Below the pieces are notes generated by a model. It had not been told where the DNA came from. It saw only the letters and a program-made list of their open reading frames with translations, and did no database searches. The translations under genes were made by a program, and so were the position numbers. DNA of 60,632 nt, counting the filler, from Sphacelaria rigidula (taxonomy: Eukaryota), in assembly GCA_964200075.2 (NCBI GenBank). It is 10 parts of 10 records of this genome, joined end to end, with 100 filler letters (N's around TTAATTAATTAA, not from the genome) between each part and the next. Parts side by side here need not be neighbours in the genome. Positions count along the whole stretch, not along the records: positions 12,149 to 18,122 come from CAXNAA020023090.1; positions 18,223 to 24,196 come from CAXNAA020023091.1; 8 more parts are not named here. The stretch is one strand, 5' to 3'. Shown here one piece after another: positions 12,321-24,296 of the stretch (its first letter is position 1; each line of letters starts with the position of its first letter).

Positions 12321-13200
12321 AGTACGAACTGGGCCAGCCTAAAACGGATTGAATCTCTGTGTGATCCGCATATCGTACAAATTGTCTGATCAAGGGGGAA
12401 GTTTCTCACCTGCTCAAACATCTGAGCCAATATTTCCTCGTTAATTCGATATCATGTCTAGCGATCCCTAAACCGTACGGGAATAGTGTTGACACTGTCA
12501 TCCATATGGAACCCCGCACGATTCATTTAGCGAATGACAACAATTTTGGGTGTGAACCTTACCTGGAGCACGGGTGGCGACAGATAAGTCATCCTACGAT
12601 AAGGCGGGGAGAATTTTGGGCCACTTCTTGCACGAAATTCCAAGTCAAATCGTCGTTGAAAGCAGTACCGGTTGCTCGAACGAGCTTGCTATAGATAAAT
12701 ACCGCCCATTCACATCGATAGACGCCGTTTTGAACCAATTACAAGCGCACCGCGAGTGTGGCAGGTCGTCTGACACACTTATGAGCCCTTCTTCCCGTGC
12801 AATCAAATACCCTCGTTCCTATCGTAGGATCAAATGCAAGATAGTCAGTAGGCTTCGGGTCGAACAATCTTGGCAGGGTGCAGCTACTCTTCATGCGACT
12901 CGCCGAACACACCACGGCGCTGCGCGCTTGGTGAATTGAGTGCGAGCCTGGTTCGGCGAAAACCCGGCGTGGTCCGTCCCAGCTTTTCAGGGATGCGAGG
13001 TCAATGGTCGGATGACTATGGCATGCATGATCATGAGTACACCCTATCGTAGGATGGCTCAGATACCCTCATCTTCACCTAATTCGTAACCTCTCTCGAG
13101 ATTTGGCGCACATAATGTATGATACTGAAATCAATATAGTACGAGGAGAGGCACTAGATGCCCGAAATCTGGTTATTGCGTCTCAGTTTGTGCGAGTTGT
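12321..13200 (+). mobile_element. Non-autonomous DNA-transposon-like repeat, homologous to 16964-17400
   Basis: Shared blocks: tacg..ctgggcc.gc.ta.a.gcggat; catgtctag....ccta.accgtacg; acct.attcgt.a.ct.tctcgagat.tggcgcacat; aaatctgg.tatt.cgtctcagtt. Confidence 0.6.
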
Positions 13201-14519
13201 ACGATGAAATTTCGTATGCAGAACCGCTAGTGCATGGTGAAGAGTGTCGGAAAACGTTTGTGTCTCTTCACTCTGAAACCCGTTGTGCCTCTCCAGAGTT
13301 CATTGGAGAAGGAAGAAGAACACCCACCTTCACCACCATGATGACAGCCAGGTCAGAATCAATACACTCTATCACACAAAGTCAGAAACCCATCCCAACT
13401 GTCATGCTCATCACAAGGGCCCATTCACGAAGAAGAAACGCTTTTCATCGCAATACGAAAATTTCCGTGACGCTGTCACGGTATCAGCATTCGCTTGGTT
13501 GCGCTGAGTGAAAATTCAAATGCTCGGCAAAATCACGCCGTTGCCTTGGGCGCAGTTCCTCATTTTTGCCACCTTCAGCTGTAAGAAGACGGTGTGAACG
13601 ATTCGTAGTCTACAACGCACAAGCAGAGCTACACCTGGCTGCATTGCCCTTGCGTTGGAGGTCACGACTTCTTGCACCACTATGGTGGGTGCCATGTTGG
13701 GAAATCGTCACGATGCGGCCTTGTCTTTTGTTTGAAAGTGCTGCGAACTGTTGTACTGTACAACTGAGTGTAGGGTATCGCTGTGGTTCATCGTACCGCA
13801 ATGTACCGTCTGTTGTAGGGTTTTGCATTGCACTCTCGGTACTGCACTGGCTGTACTCTATCTTGCACAGCACTGCGGTACTACCGTGGCCTGCGGTGCG
13901 CCATGGTGGTTTGAAGTAGTGCAGGTACAATGAAGCGTAGTATACGGTACGAACTGTGCCGCAAGGTATATGGCACAGTCAAAGCTGTGCTGACCTGTGC
14001 ATTTTCGGGCTGCACGCTGGTCGATCGCACATTTGGCGGCATTACCTGCGGCCGATTACAGCGAAAAAACGAACTCCACGTCAAGCCACGTCACATCAGG
14101 TTTGCGCTATGAACGAGCTGCAACCTACGATTTGTTGTTTACGTTATACATATTATTGTGCTTCTCATTAATATTAAGCAAAAACCTCCATAAACAAAAG
14201 CATGATTGATTGAGTGATTCCTTCTAAACATCATTTGGTTTGTCTTGGTAGACATTGGACAACGGGTTTTTCATGAACTATGTCCATAGATATGCGAGGT
14301 ATACACCTACGTTTCATTTCACACGCCTGAAGCCACAATAATATCGTATCTGAGGTCAGGCGTGTGGAAATATGCTCGTGATCATTGTTCGAGATTCGTG
14401 TTCAGCAAGAGCTGTTGAGAATTCTATCCTTTAGCCCAATGGACATATGAATTAGGGGAGCAAGGGCATGAACTATTTTCACCAATCTTGGTAGATCTCG
14501 GATCCCATCCGCTGATTAC

Positions 14520-14940
14520 GGTGCAGTGTGCGGAACTTGCACAGCTGAGGCTGTTCGCAATTCTCTCTTCGCCTAATTTCCGGATGAAATAGCGGGCAAA
14601 GTGAGGATTCATTTCAAGCATCTTCTCCTGTATATATTCCAAATATGCCAGTGTGTATGGGATATGTGGAGCAGATGAAGCTGTTCGAAATTAATGTTAT
14701 TTTTGTCCAATTTGATTAAATTTAGGATTGGGCAAAAAGAGGATTTATTTTGAACAGCTTCATCCGCTCCACAGATCCCGTACATGTGTATGGGATTTGT
14801 GCAGCAGATAAACTGTTTGGAATAGATCACGTTTTTGCCAAAAAAAATCTTCGAATAACTTCTTCTGCTGTCCGAAATCAATCTTCTTTGGAAAATAGGG
14901 CAAAAAGGGAATTTATTTTCGAACAACTTCTCTGAATAAA
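14520..14940. repeat. Three tandem, internally palindromic units; central unit is a ~130-bp hairpin (14655-14784)
   Basis: gtatgggat.tgtggagcagatgaagctgttc ... gaacagcttcatccgctccaca.atcccgtac, with inner arms ttttgtccaat/attgggcaaaa. Flanking units share gggcaaa..g.g.attt and gc.ga...ctgtt motifs. Confidence 0.75.
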
Positions 14941-15719
14941 TACATCTATGGATTCTGTGACAAAATGAATTGGAATTTTCAAAGTGGGAGTGCATCTGCA
15001 CAGGGTTGCTTACAGGGTCTCGAGAAAACCGCCGCAGAAAGTGCTGGTAAAGGTACTAAGGTTTGCAAATACCGTACAGGGGTTCACAAAGACTGCGAAA
15101 AGCCCTGTGCAGCACGTCCTACAGGGTGCCATCTATGAAGGCATCAAAAACAAAACTTCTGCTGGGTCCCAGAGAAATGGTTTTTTACATGAGTTTACCC
15201 TTTTGGCACCGGGCCTCGACAACAACCACCCTGCACTTGGAAACCTGGGGAGGCATATCTGGGCCAGGGATAGTGTCCCGACACGATCTTTGCAGTGGCA
15301 TCACACTCGACAACAATCTCCGCGCTTATCGTTCAGGTCTGGTCAAAACAATTCGCCTCGCCGTGATAGAGCAGGTCGTTCGAAGACTTTTTTCTTACCC
15401 TTCCACTAACACAGGGTTGACCCTGTGTTAGTGGAGGTCCGGTCCCAAAAGGGTTAAGGGCAACAACCAGTCTTCAGGTTCTAGTGAAATGCCGTTAAAT
15501 CACCCGGCTTAAACTTTTCTAAAACAAAATGTTTGGGACCCGGCATGATTTTTTCTTTGAGCCCTTTTGATTGTCCATACCAAATTTCACGGTTCAACCC
15601 CAAGTAAAGGAGTGTTAATTCGCCTGCAAACTACAACTTCGCTTCTAGGCTTGCCCAGCTTGTAGTACGCGAGGAAATCCCCAAACACCCCTGGATACCT
15701 AGACCAACCACTACTGTAC

Positions 15720-15799
15720 CTAATGCTCTCCGCTTGGGTAACAAAGGCATATCCCGTGCGGTTGTAGCTGGAGAAGAAGGGGGAGGTGGGGGGCCCGAC
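15720..15799 (-). CDS. Possible internal exon of an unidentified gene
   Basis: aag|GTC...ATT AG|gtacag, encodes VGPPTSPFFSSYNRTGYAFVTQAESI(R). No family recognised. Confidence 0.3.
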
Positions 15800-15806
15800 C
15801 TTTAAC

Positions 15807-16214
15807 AGAGGATTATATAAAATGAGGTTCATCAATGAAATGAGGTTCGAGCCCAAAACAGTACTTTCTCCCCACTTTCAGCGATGGTGCTCAATGACGT
15901 TTTTGTCGGCCTAATGCCCCTCGATCGCTTAGATACTTTTCAGCGCATTGTACCGACTCTGTGAGCTTACAGCGCTGACCGAAACTGCTGTTTTCCCTGA
16001 TATCACCCCCCCTAAAAAATTAGTAGAAATGGCGGTTTCGAACAGCGCTATAAGCTCACAGAGTCGATAAAATGCGCTGAAGAAGTACCTACGCGATCGA
16101 GGGGCATTAGGCCGACAAGAAAGTCATTCGGCACCATCGCTGAAAGCGTGGAGAAAGTACTGTTTTGAGCTCAAACCTCATTCCATTGATGAACCTCATT
16201 TCATAGAATCCTCT
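15807..16214. mobile_element. Foldback-type MITE, almost fully palindromic (~408 bp)
   Basis: ~185-bp imperfect arms: agaggatt.tat.aaatgaggttcatcaatg...aaaacagtactttctcc...tgtcggcctaatgcccctcgatcgc...cgactctgtgagctta, with the reverse complement ending aatcctct. Confidence 0.85.
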
Positions 16215-16228
16215 ATTCTTTGCCCGGA

Positions 16229-16350
16229 CTATGGTCAGGACTAGGGTTACGATTTTTTTGTATTGGGATTAGGGCCAGGGGCGTGGTCCCTGCAAGGACT
16301 GGCCCGATTGGTTTTGAAAAACGTCGACGCTGGGGTGTTTTGATCTACGT
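16229..16350 (+). mobile_element. Degenerate internal fragment of the telomere-repeat MITE
   Basis: ctatggtcaggactagggtta...attagggccaggggcgtggtccctgcaaggactggcccgattggttttgaaaaacgtcgacgctggggtgtttt matches the core of 56178-56388. Confidence 0.8.
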
Positions 16351-16963
16351 CGGCATCTGGCTGTTCATCCCGCACTGCTTACAAAACAGAAGCTTGAGAG
16401 CTTCATGGACCTTCCTAGTAATGAGAATGATGACATGGCAAGCTACAACAGCTGTAGTGGAGACCATAGCGAACGGTAGGGGCTAGCGACACCACCGGAC
16501 TACGCTGTATTAGCTGCGACGTATGTGCTGCGTTCTTTCCGGCAATGTGCCTCCGACTTGACTCACTTTTGTTTCGTGTCATGACATCACGACTTGTGTG
16601 GTTCACACTCAGCGGCGCCTCCTGCATCTTGTTCTCCTGACGTTTCCCCTCGCTTCTATTTCCCGTCATTGAACTACGTATTTTTACAAATGCCGTTCTT
16701 CAGGCCCTCAGCTCTCTGGACGATCTTCGCCACCGTCGAAAAGGATTCATCAGACACTTTCCCAGCACACATGAGGGCGACAACTGCATCAGTTCTTCTT
16801 CTGGCTCTTCGCGCTCAACAAGGCACGTAGGCAGAAGAGTCATGCGATGATAAGGGGGGAATTTCGGGGCATTTTTCTCTCACAAAAACCAAACCTTTAA
16901 TCGCCGTTGATAGAAGCGACGGTTGTTCGAACGCGCTTGTTTCCGATTAATCACGCTCATTCA

Positions 16964-17400
16964 CACTACGGGCTGGGCCGGCATAGACGCGGATATAAGC
17001 TCTCAAAGCAATAACTCATCGACACAGACGAGTTGGGCCGTGATGTGCATATCTTATTCATCGTCCAATCATGGGGAAGATGCCCATATGCTCACGAGTC
17101 TGGGACATTTTCTTCGTTGATTAAATCCCATGTCTAGTACGCCCTATACCGTACGAAGGTAGCGTCAAAACTGAAGTATCTCTCTCTCTCTCTCTATATA
17201 TATATCCCCGAATGATATATGCAGCGGGTGATGGCGATTTTTGATGTGGACATTCCCTGGAGAACGGGAAAAAGATCGACACCTCCACGTTTACCTCATT
17301 CGTTATCTGTCTCGAGATATGGCGCACATGGGTTTCAATACTGCTATCAATATATCTCGAGCCTCAGTTAAATCTGGATATTACGTCTCAGTTGTTGAGA
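16964..17400 (+). mobile_element. Internally deleted copy of the 12321-13200 repeat, starting CACTAC
   Basis: Starts CACTACGGGCTGGGCC and shares the blocks listed for 12321-13200. Confidence 0.55.
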
Positions 17401-17769
17401 CTTTTTTTGCTTCGAAATTTAGTTTGGAAATCGCTACTGCATAATGAATGGGAAATTCATATTTTCTCGTTTTTCTTGGTTGTATTTTTCATTTGTTTTG
17501 TTTTTTAGGGGAGTCCTCCGAGAAAATGGACAATGCTCTCGGACCTGATGTCAGTTTTTCAGCTCAAATTGAACAATTGAGTTTTGCAACTTATCATGGA
17601 GGATTGCAAAGGCACGCCGAAGACAACAAAATGGGCCCTATATTATAATATTGTTTTAAACAGGTACGGGTCTTCTCTTGAAAATAATGGCTTCATTATA
17701 CTACAGCGTCCTGAGCAAGTTAAGAAATAGACATATATATATATATACATATATGTAGGTATTTTTGCC

Positions 17770-17846
17770 GCGCCCCGGTGGTGTAATGGTCCGACTATCC
17801 TAATCAGGGTGTAGATAACGGCGGTTCAATCCCCGATGCGTTGGGT
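17770..17846 (+). mobile_element. tRNA-derived SINE head / tRNA pseudogene
   Basis: A-box-like tggtgtaatgg and B-box-like ggttcaatcc. Shares 'gcgccc.ggtggt' and an exact 'cccgatgcgttgggt' with 52220-52294. No convincing cloverleaf. Confidence 0.55.
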
Positions 17847-17999
17847 TTTTTCTTTGTAATGTATGATTTCCACCGTTAAAAGCGTGAGATCGTGAGCAAA
17901 CGAAGTGGTCGACTAGGTGTGACGTGCGTTGACGCGGTGCTGGAGTGCTGACCCAATTCGCGAGACCAAAATGAAAGGCACGAACCAGGGGTGATATAA

Positions 18000-18122
18000 C
18001 AGGGTTGCCAGAAAAATGAGAACGTATTTTAAAGTGAGAATCAACCGCTCCCCGGGATTGTGTCCATTTCTCGGATATAGTTTCGCTCGGAAGCGCTTCC
18101 GTGGGGTGACTGTCGCCAGGAA
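18000..18122 (+). mobile_element. hAT-like TIR end CAGGGTTGCCAGAAAAATGAGAACG..., runs into contig end
   Basis: Near-identical reverse complement of 48589-48660. CAGGGTTGCCA is a common hAT-type terminus. Confidence 0.7.
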
Positions 18123-18222
18123 NNNNNNNNNNNNNNNNNNNNNNNNNNNNNNNNNNNNNNNNNNNNTTAATTAATTAANNNNNNNNNNNNNNNNNNNNNN
18201 NNNNNNNNNNNNNNNNNNNNNN
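18123..18222. other. Artificial contig linker
   Basis: Same spacer. Confidence 0.99.
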
Positions 18223-18807
18223 CACCAGGAGTGTGTATAACGGCGGGGTACATGGCATCCTCGTCGCCGTTATGGAATGATCAAATCGCAGTGTGGTGCC
18301 GTATAAACGCGGACGACGAAGTACAGTAACGTGCATGACGTGAGTTTACACTTGAAATAAGCTGAAAATATCATGACCACACGCAGTACAGAGGCGTAGG
18401 TAAACACATCCGCACAGGGCCTGACGGTGACTTGTCTCCGAATACAGACAGCAGACGGGGGCATCACCGAGGTAAATGTGCCGTCTGCGTCGCCTTTGTT
18501 ATTGCAACTTAGGCGAAGGCTTGCCATGATGCGGCGCGAAGCATCTACTGCAGGTGCGGTGTGAAAATTGCTTCACGAAAGGTCAGCCATGCATTCTGGC
18601 GGGGGTTAGAAAACACCGACGGGTCGAACAATTCGTCATACCTGTAAAATAGATCATCTTCTTTCCTTCCACGTTCCATTCGCACGGGTCTGAAAAACAC
18701 GCTTTGGGCGAATCGTTTGCTCAAAGGCTGTAGAAAAACAACCATTTCTTGCCTGAAAAAACTTCAAATGTTAAACGTCAATTTTGCATCAACGGTTCCA
18801 AAAGGGT

Positions 18808-19109
18808 TAAGGAGGCTCTGTATTTGAGGGGAATTCTGACGTTCCTAATCCCCAGTTTGGGGCCGAAAAGCATGGCGTTTTCGGGGGCAATAAGGGGGCG
18901 ATAGTTGTAGCTAAAATCCCATTGAACTCGTCCAACAGTAAGCACATTGATGTACGGTAGGTACCATTCACTCAGGGAGCTGGTTGCTAGTGGTGACATC
19001 TCTGTGAAGTATATTCAGTCAGAAGAACAGCACGCGGATACCCTCACGGAAGCCATTGGTAGACACAGTTTCGGAAAACACCGCAATTTCTTCTTGGGAA
19101 GGGGGTAGA
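18808..19109 (+). pseudogene. Ty1/Copia RNase H C-terminal fragment
   Basis: Frameshifted translation EALYLRGILTFL...NKGAI..A..P..SSNSKHIDVR/YHSLRELVASGDISVKYIQSEEQHADTLTEAI. Confidence 0.85.
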
Positions 19110-19127
19110 TTTCACCATTTTATAATT

Positions 19128-19129
<2 letters not shown>

Positions 19130-19176
<47 letters not shown>

Positions 19177-19900
19177 GCTGTCGTCCCATCTATTCTGGAC
19201 GTCGGTCTACACCTTTCGGTACATAAGGGCGCACTAGCCGGGGTCACACAAAGGACGGCCAACACAGGAGTTTTTTTCTTTTTCGGTTGTTTTAGATCTC
19301 CACCTTCCTTCTGCCATGCTTGTCCTTCTTTTTTTGTCGCGAGAGGGGTTCAGCAGTCCCTTTTCCTCGTCGACCATGAAGTCGAATATTGTGTACCCAC
19401 GACATAGTCACGAACCCTGTTATTTGAGATAAGCGATAGGAGTAGGAAGTTCGATCAAATGCAGTTAATTCGATAACAATTAGGTCATGCTGCTCGTTAG
19501 TCGATACAGCTGGGGAGGGTGTTGGACATAACTCATCTACGAACATAAGCCAGCATGTATGAGCGGGAAAATTGCGGTCTATCTGAGTGTTGTAGGAATG
19601 TTATTCAGAAGGTTCCTTGTAGTTGAGGAACGGTAAATTGTTGCAAGCTCCTACATTTGGGAACTGTATGCGTATGGCCGACAGGAGATTTTGGATTGTG
19701 GGCAGCCGTGACAGGGTGGTGCTTTACGCCCTCCTCTCTCACTCGTTCCCGTCACCTCCCTTCACTCAACTTCCTCCGAGTGGATAGTAATATTTAAAAA
19801 GACTTGGAACTCATCTTCTTCATCTTCTTCTGACTTACTCCAAGAAGGCAGTTGTTTTGTTATGGCACACAGGACGGGGCTGTTATTGATACACAGTCCT
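19130..19900 (-). mobile_element. Retroposon-like dispersed repeat ending in a (CA)n tail
   Basis: 19172-19405 is homologous to the reverse complement of 21710-21950. Both abut a CA/TG microsatellite (19130-19172). 5' limit is approximate. Confidence 0.6.
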
Positions 19901-19920
19901 GTGATCAACACGAGTATTTG

Positions 19921-20457
19921 CAAGGTTGTGTACTGTAAGGTACGGGTACGTCGTGTAGGGTATGAGATTCCATACAGAACGTACAGAACTGTCGGGTACC
20001 GGTAAGGAAGTCTTACAGAAAGTACAGGACTTGTTGCGTACGGTATGGGAGGCTTACAGAAAAACGGTACCGGCAATCGGGTAACTCTTTTAGGGCATAC
20101 CCGCCCCTCGAGTTAGGGCAAAGTTTTTGCACAGAACTCACAGAACTGGCGGGTAAGGGTATCGGAGGCTTACAGAACTCACAGAAAGTGTCGGGTAGGG
20201 TACGGAGGTTGCACAGAAAACCGTACCCGCAACCGGGTATCTTATCAAGAGCGTACCCGTGTCCCCCGGTAACGGTACGGGGGGCTTACAGAACTCACAG
20301 AACTATCGGGTACTGGTATGAAGGTCTTCCAGAGATTACAGAACTGTTGGGTACCGGCATGGAAATCTTCCAGATTTACAGAACTGTCGGGTACGGTAAA
20401 TACCCGGCAAAATACCCCGGGTGAACAGGAAACCGTACCCTACAGAACACGACCTTG
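19921..20457. mobile_element. MITE with 25-bp TIRs and internal 'cagaact(c/g)..cgggta' repeats (hAT-like)
   Basis: caaggttgtgtactgtaaggtacgg vs reverse complement of ccgtaccctacagaacacgaccttg (22/25 match). Interior is homologous to 21160-21640. Confidence 0.75.
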
Positions 20458-20569
20458 GTATTATCACCACCCCTGTGGTGGGACCTACGTCACTACAACA
20501 GTGGCGAAATACAGATGACAGTTTACGAAATCTCTGAACGACTTCACGGGGTGATAGAGAAAGACTACA

Positions 20570-20930
20570 CGAACAATCGCAATAGTACATGTGCACGGGA
20601 TCGTCAACATCTCTCGGCTTCACGTACGCTCCCAGGGAGTACATGAAGGAGCATTCACGGCCGCTCGTTCTCTGGAAGCCCTTCGGCACGCGACAAGATC
20701 GCCGATGGCCTTGACGACTTTCGGTGGCAGCTCATAGTCTGTGTTGTGTATGTCGATAATGGCCTGGAGTTTGATGACCACGACACAACCACCATCAACG
20801 TCGGTGACGTGCGTCTTGCTACTTGATCCCCTGGTGGCGCAGATGAACCGCCCCCGCTCGGACCACCACTCGAGTCTGAGGGTGATCCAACTGCCTGACG
20901 GTCTGCAGTACTCCTCATGTTTCGTGTTTC
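20570..20930 (-). pseudogene. Degenerate coding remnant, possibly a transposase N-terminus
   Basis: Frameshifted protein-like sequence ...IIDIHNTDYELPPKVVKAIGDLV / PKGFQRTSGRECSFMYSLGAYVKPRDVDDPVHMYYC. Resemblance to the region before a BED finger is from memory only. Confidence 0.3.
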
Positions 20931-21159
20931 CACTCAGCAGTACCTCATATCCCGTCAGATCCCAAACTAAAGAACTTTTCAACATCGAATCATTGTTGGT
21001 GTGCGGTTTTGAATGAAGGAGTTGGTTGGGTTGATCGATGGGAAGTACATGTTCAAGTCATGAAGTTGTGTTTGGATTGAACCTATATCCGTACCTCCCC
21101 AAGGTATATACCAGTGCTCATACCTGCAATCGGGTATATCTATAGTGGTTTACCCTAAC

Positions 21160-21981
21160 CCCGGGTAGGGGTATGGGAAGCTTACACAGCTCACAGAACT
21201 GCCGGGTATCAGTACTGGATGAAAATCTTGCAGAAATGACAGAACTTGTCGGGTACGGTATGGGAGGCTTACAGAAAAACGGTACCAGCAATCGGGTATT
21301 TCTTCAAAAGCATACCCGCGCTCCGGGTACGGGTAAGCATTCTATACAGAACTCACAGAACTGTCGGGTAAGGGTATGGGAGGCTCACAGAACTCACAGG
21401 AACTATCGGGTAGGGTGTGGAGGTTGCACAGAAAACCGTACCCGCAATCAGGTATTTTATCAAGAGCGTACCCGTGCCCCCCGGTAACTGTACGGAAGTC
21501 GTACAGGGATTACAGAACTATCGGGTACGGATATGAAAGTCTTACAGAGATTACAGAGCCGTCGGGTACCGGTATGAAAGCCTTACATAAGTCACACAAC
21601 TGTCGGGTACGGTGAATACCCGGCACAATACCCCGGGTATGCAGAGTTCAATTCTCAGGGCGATCTGGGATTTTTTCTCACACCATGCCCAACAGGGGAG
21701 AGCGACCATGTCGTGGGTAGACAAAATTCGACTTAAGGGCCGACGAGGGAAAGGGACGGCTGAACCCCTCTCGCGATAAAAAATAAAAAGACAAGCACCG
21801 CAGGAGGAAGGTGGGGTACTGTACAAAAAACAATAAATAAGAAAAAGCTCCTGTATTGATCTTCCTCCTATGTGACCCCGGCTGGTGCGCCCACATATAT
21901 ATACCGAAATGTGTAGACCGGCGTTCAGGATAGATGGGACGACAACACACACATGAAGAAACTTCATACCCTACAGAACAC
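21160..21981 (+). mobile_element. Second copy of the cagaact/cgggta MITE, interrupted by a (CA)-tailed element (~21645-21952)
   Basis: Collinear with 19970-20420 up to ...ataccccggg (21637). The terminal motif taccctacagaacac resumes at ~21967. Confidence 0.7.
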
Positions 21982-24196
21982 TGCAGTAGTGGGCGGTCTA
22001 ACTATTCAGGGGTGTCTGGGGGTTTCCCTCGGGTACTACTCTTCGACAGAACTTGAAATTGCTAGCGTCGGTAGATTTTGGTGCAACAAAACAGATCATC
22101 TTCGAAACACAGTGCCCAAGTCAGTGTCGGTTGGTGTTATCGGGCGAAACGAGTAATACCCCGTTTACCAAGAGGGTGTTTTTGACCATGGAACACAGTT
22201 TTTCGGCCCTAGTGCCCTGAGTAGGCAGAATTTCGAAAAAATAAAACTGTACATTTCTTTACAAATATGATCGGGACGAGCTCGATCGACCGAAAGTACA
22301 CAAGAGTAGGAATCTGGGCTGAAACGTGGCAGGATCCCCGATGACCGGTCAGCCCGTAAGTCACTCAATATTGAGTACAGATGTTTTTTTCTTCTGGGAA
22401 TGTGGAGCGGATACAACTATCTTCAGATTCCCGATGAGATAAGGGGTGGCGAGCGAAAAGAGCCCAAGAAAATCGTCAATCACGAAAAAATCACAAAATG
22501 CCACAAAATGAATAGTTAGACGTCCCGCTAATACTGTATATCGATTATTTGAACATGATCATGCACGAAAGTGACGTCTAACTGTGATATGGGTATGTCT
22601 GAATGTAACGCCAGAAGAGAATACGTACGATCGTTTCATATCTCGCAGTCAACAAATCAATATGGAGCGTTGTACAGCGTCTGTGCACATCGAGCTATAT
22701 CTCGGTGGTCGGAATCCCTCCGCAGCGTACACCATGGGTGACGCAGCATAACACCCCCATGTAATACCCCGCACGGTGGTCAGTTTTTTTTCCCTCAAAT
22801 TTCAAAGTTGCGTCGGTTGCATCATTGATCAGTTAGTTCACAACGTATAACCTGTAGTCTGAACCTAAAGCACTATTTCTGAAGTGAAAGATTTTTGTGT
22901 CTCGGGTAAATCGGACTTGAAAACAATGTTGCTGGGGGGTGTTATATCTCGTCCTGTTGACATGCACAACAAACAGCAGTTAGGATAGAGTTTGAACTTG
23001 GGTCTCGTACCTTGGATGTGTCGCCATCATAGGAAAGAAGCAATACGAAGAACGGACGAAAGCCAGTGCAATTGGAGAGCAGTAGAGCAGCCAAAATAGC
23101 AAGATTCCTGCTGCTTGGCAAGAAGCCATAGCTGAAAAGGAGAAAGTTTGTGTGGAGAAGTGACGATCTGCTCATGCACTCGGCATGTACGACGGGTGCT
23201 ACTCATGAGCTATCTTTTGTACGCCATACATGTGTCATACTTCATTCTGACAGGCGCACCCTAGCACCCCGAAATTGAAAACAGATCGTCCGACTGTTGT
23301 ATTGCACTCCTAGGGACTACGGAGGAGAGAACAGGCAGTTTCGGGGACAATGTGAGTACAGTAGTAGTAATTTTTCATGCGGTGTAGTGTTCTGGTACAG
23401 GGCAGTTCCACATAACAGTTTCGTCACCTGTAGATTGTTGGCACGTTGGAACGTTCTGCAACATCAACCGTCATGTTTCCTTGTACAGTAGTGCTGAAGA
23501 CCAGTAGCGCTCGCCCCTCGCGGCGTGCCGGAGCCTAGTAGGAGCCTAGCAATACAGTGCCCCTTATGCTGTCAATGAGACATAGTCGTGAGGCATTGTC
23601 TTTTTTACACGCCGTTCACGAATTGAGCGCGTTTTATTTTCCAGCAGTTACGGTGCACAGTGTGCCGACCGACCGAACCCTGTTTCGCGTGTACAACAAA
23701 AACGGTACTGACAGAACCGACACAGTATTACAAGTTTCCCCAGCACCGGGTGCATGTACCGTAGTGACTGTTGTGGCTGTACGGTGGTGCTATGATGTAC
23801 TGCACGGTCAAACTATGGGGCTGTGAAATATGCCAACACCCGGGGGGAACTGGGCAGTGTAGCGCTTTGTACTACCGCTACAGTATAATAGTAGGCCGCA
23901 ATGGATACGCAACTGGAATGAGTTTTTCCGCACCAGTACAAGCTGGACGGGCCAAGAGCCGGGGGATTCGCCAATTTAGCATCGGCTCGCGACTCAAATT
24001 TCGATGTGAGGGGTGTACTCATGATGTGTGGGGGGGAATGATTTGTATTTTATTTGGAAAGTTTGGTACGTGATTTTCGTGGTAGTCGCCAACGCATTCC
24101 GAGCGAACCCCCCCCCCCCCCCCCCTTTTTTTTTTTTTTTTTTCCAGGCTGCCACCACCCAACATCGCGCCCCCATACAAAAGGAGGGGAGGGGGG

Positions 24197-24296
24197 NNNN
24201 NNNNNNNNNNNNNNNNNNNNNNNNNNNNNNNNNNNNNNNNTTAATTAATTAANNNNNNNNNNNNNNNNNNNNNNNNNNNNNNNNNNNNNNNNNNNN
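24197..24296. other. Artificial contig linker
   Basis: Same spacer. Confidence 0.99.

Noticed and set aside
19921..21640. CRISPR array or repeat-protein genes (TELxG/QNSQ ORFs)
   Set aside because: These are internal repeats of a TIR-bounded MITE present twice, so the ORFs are incidental.
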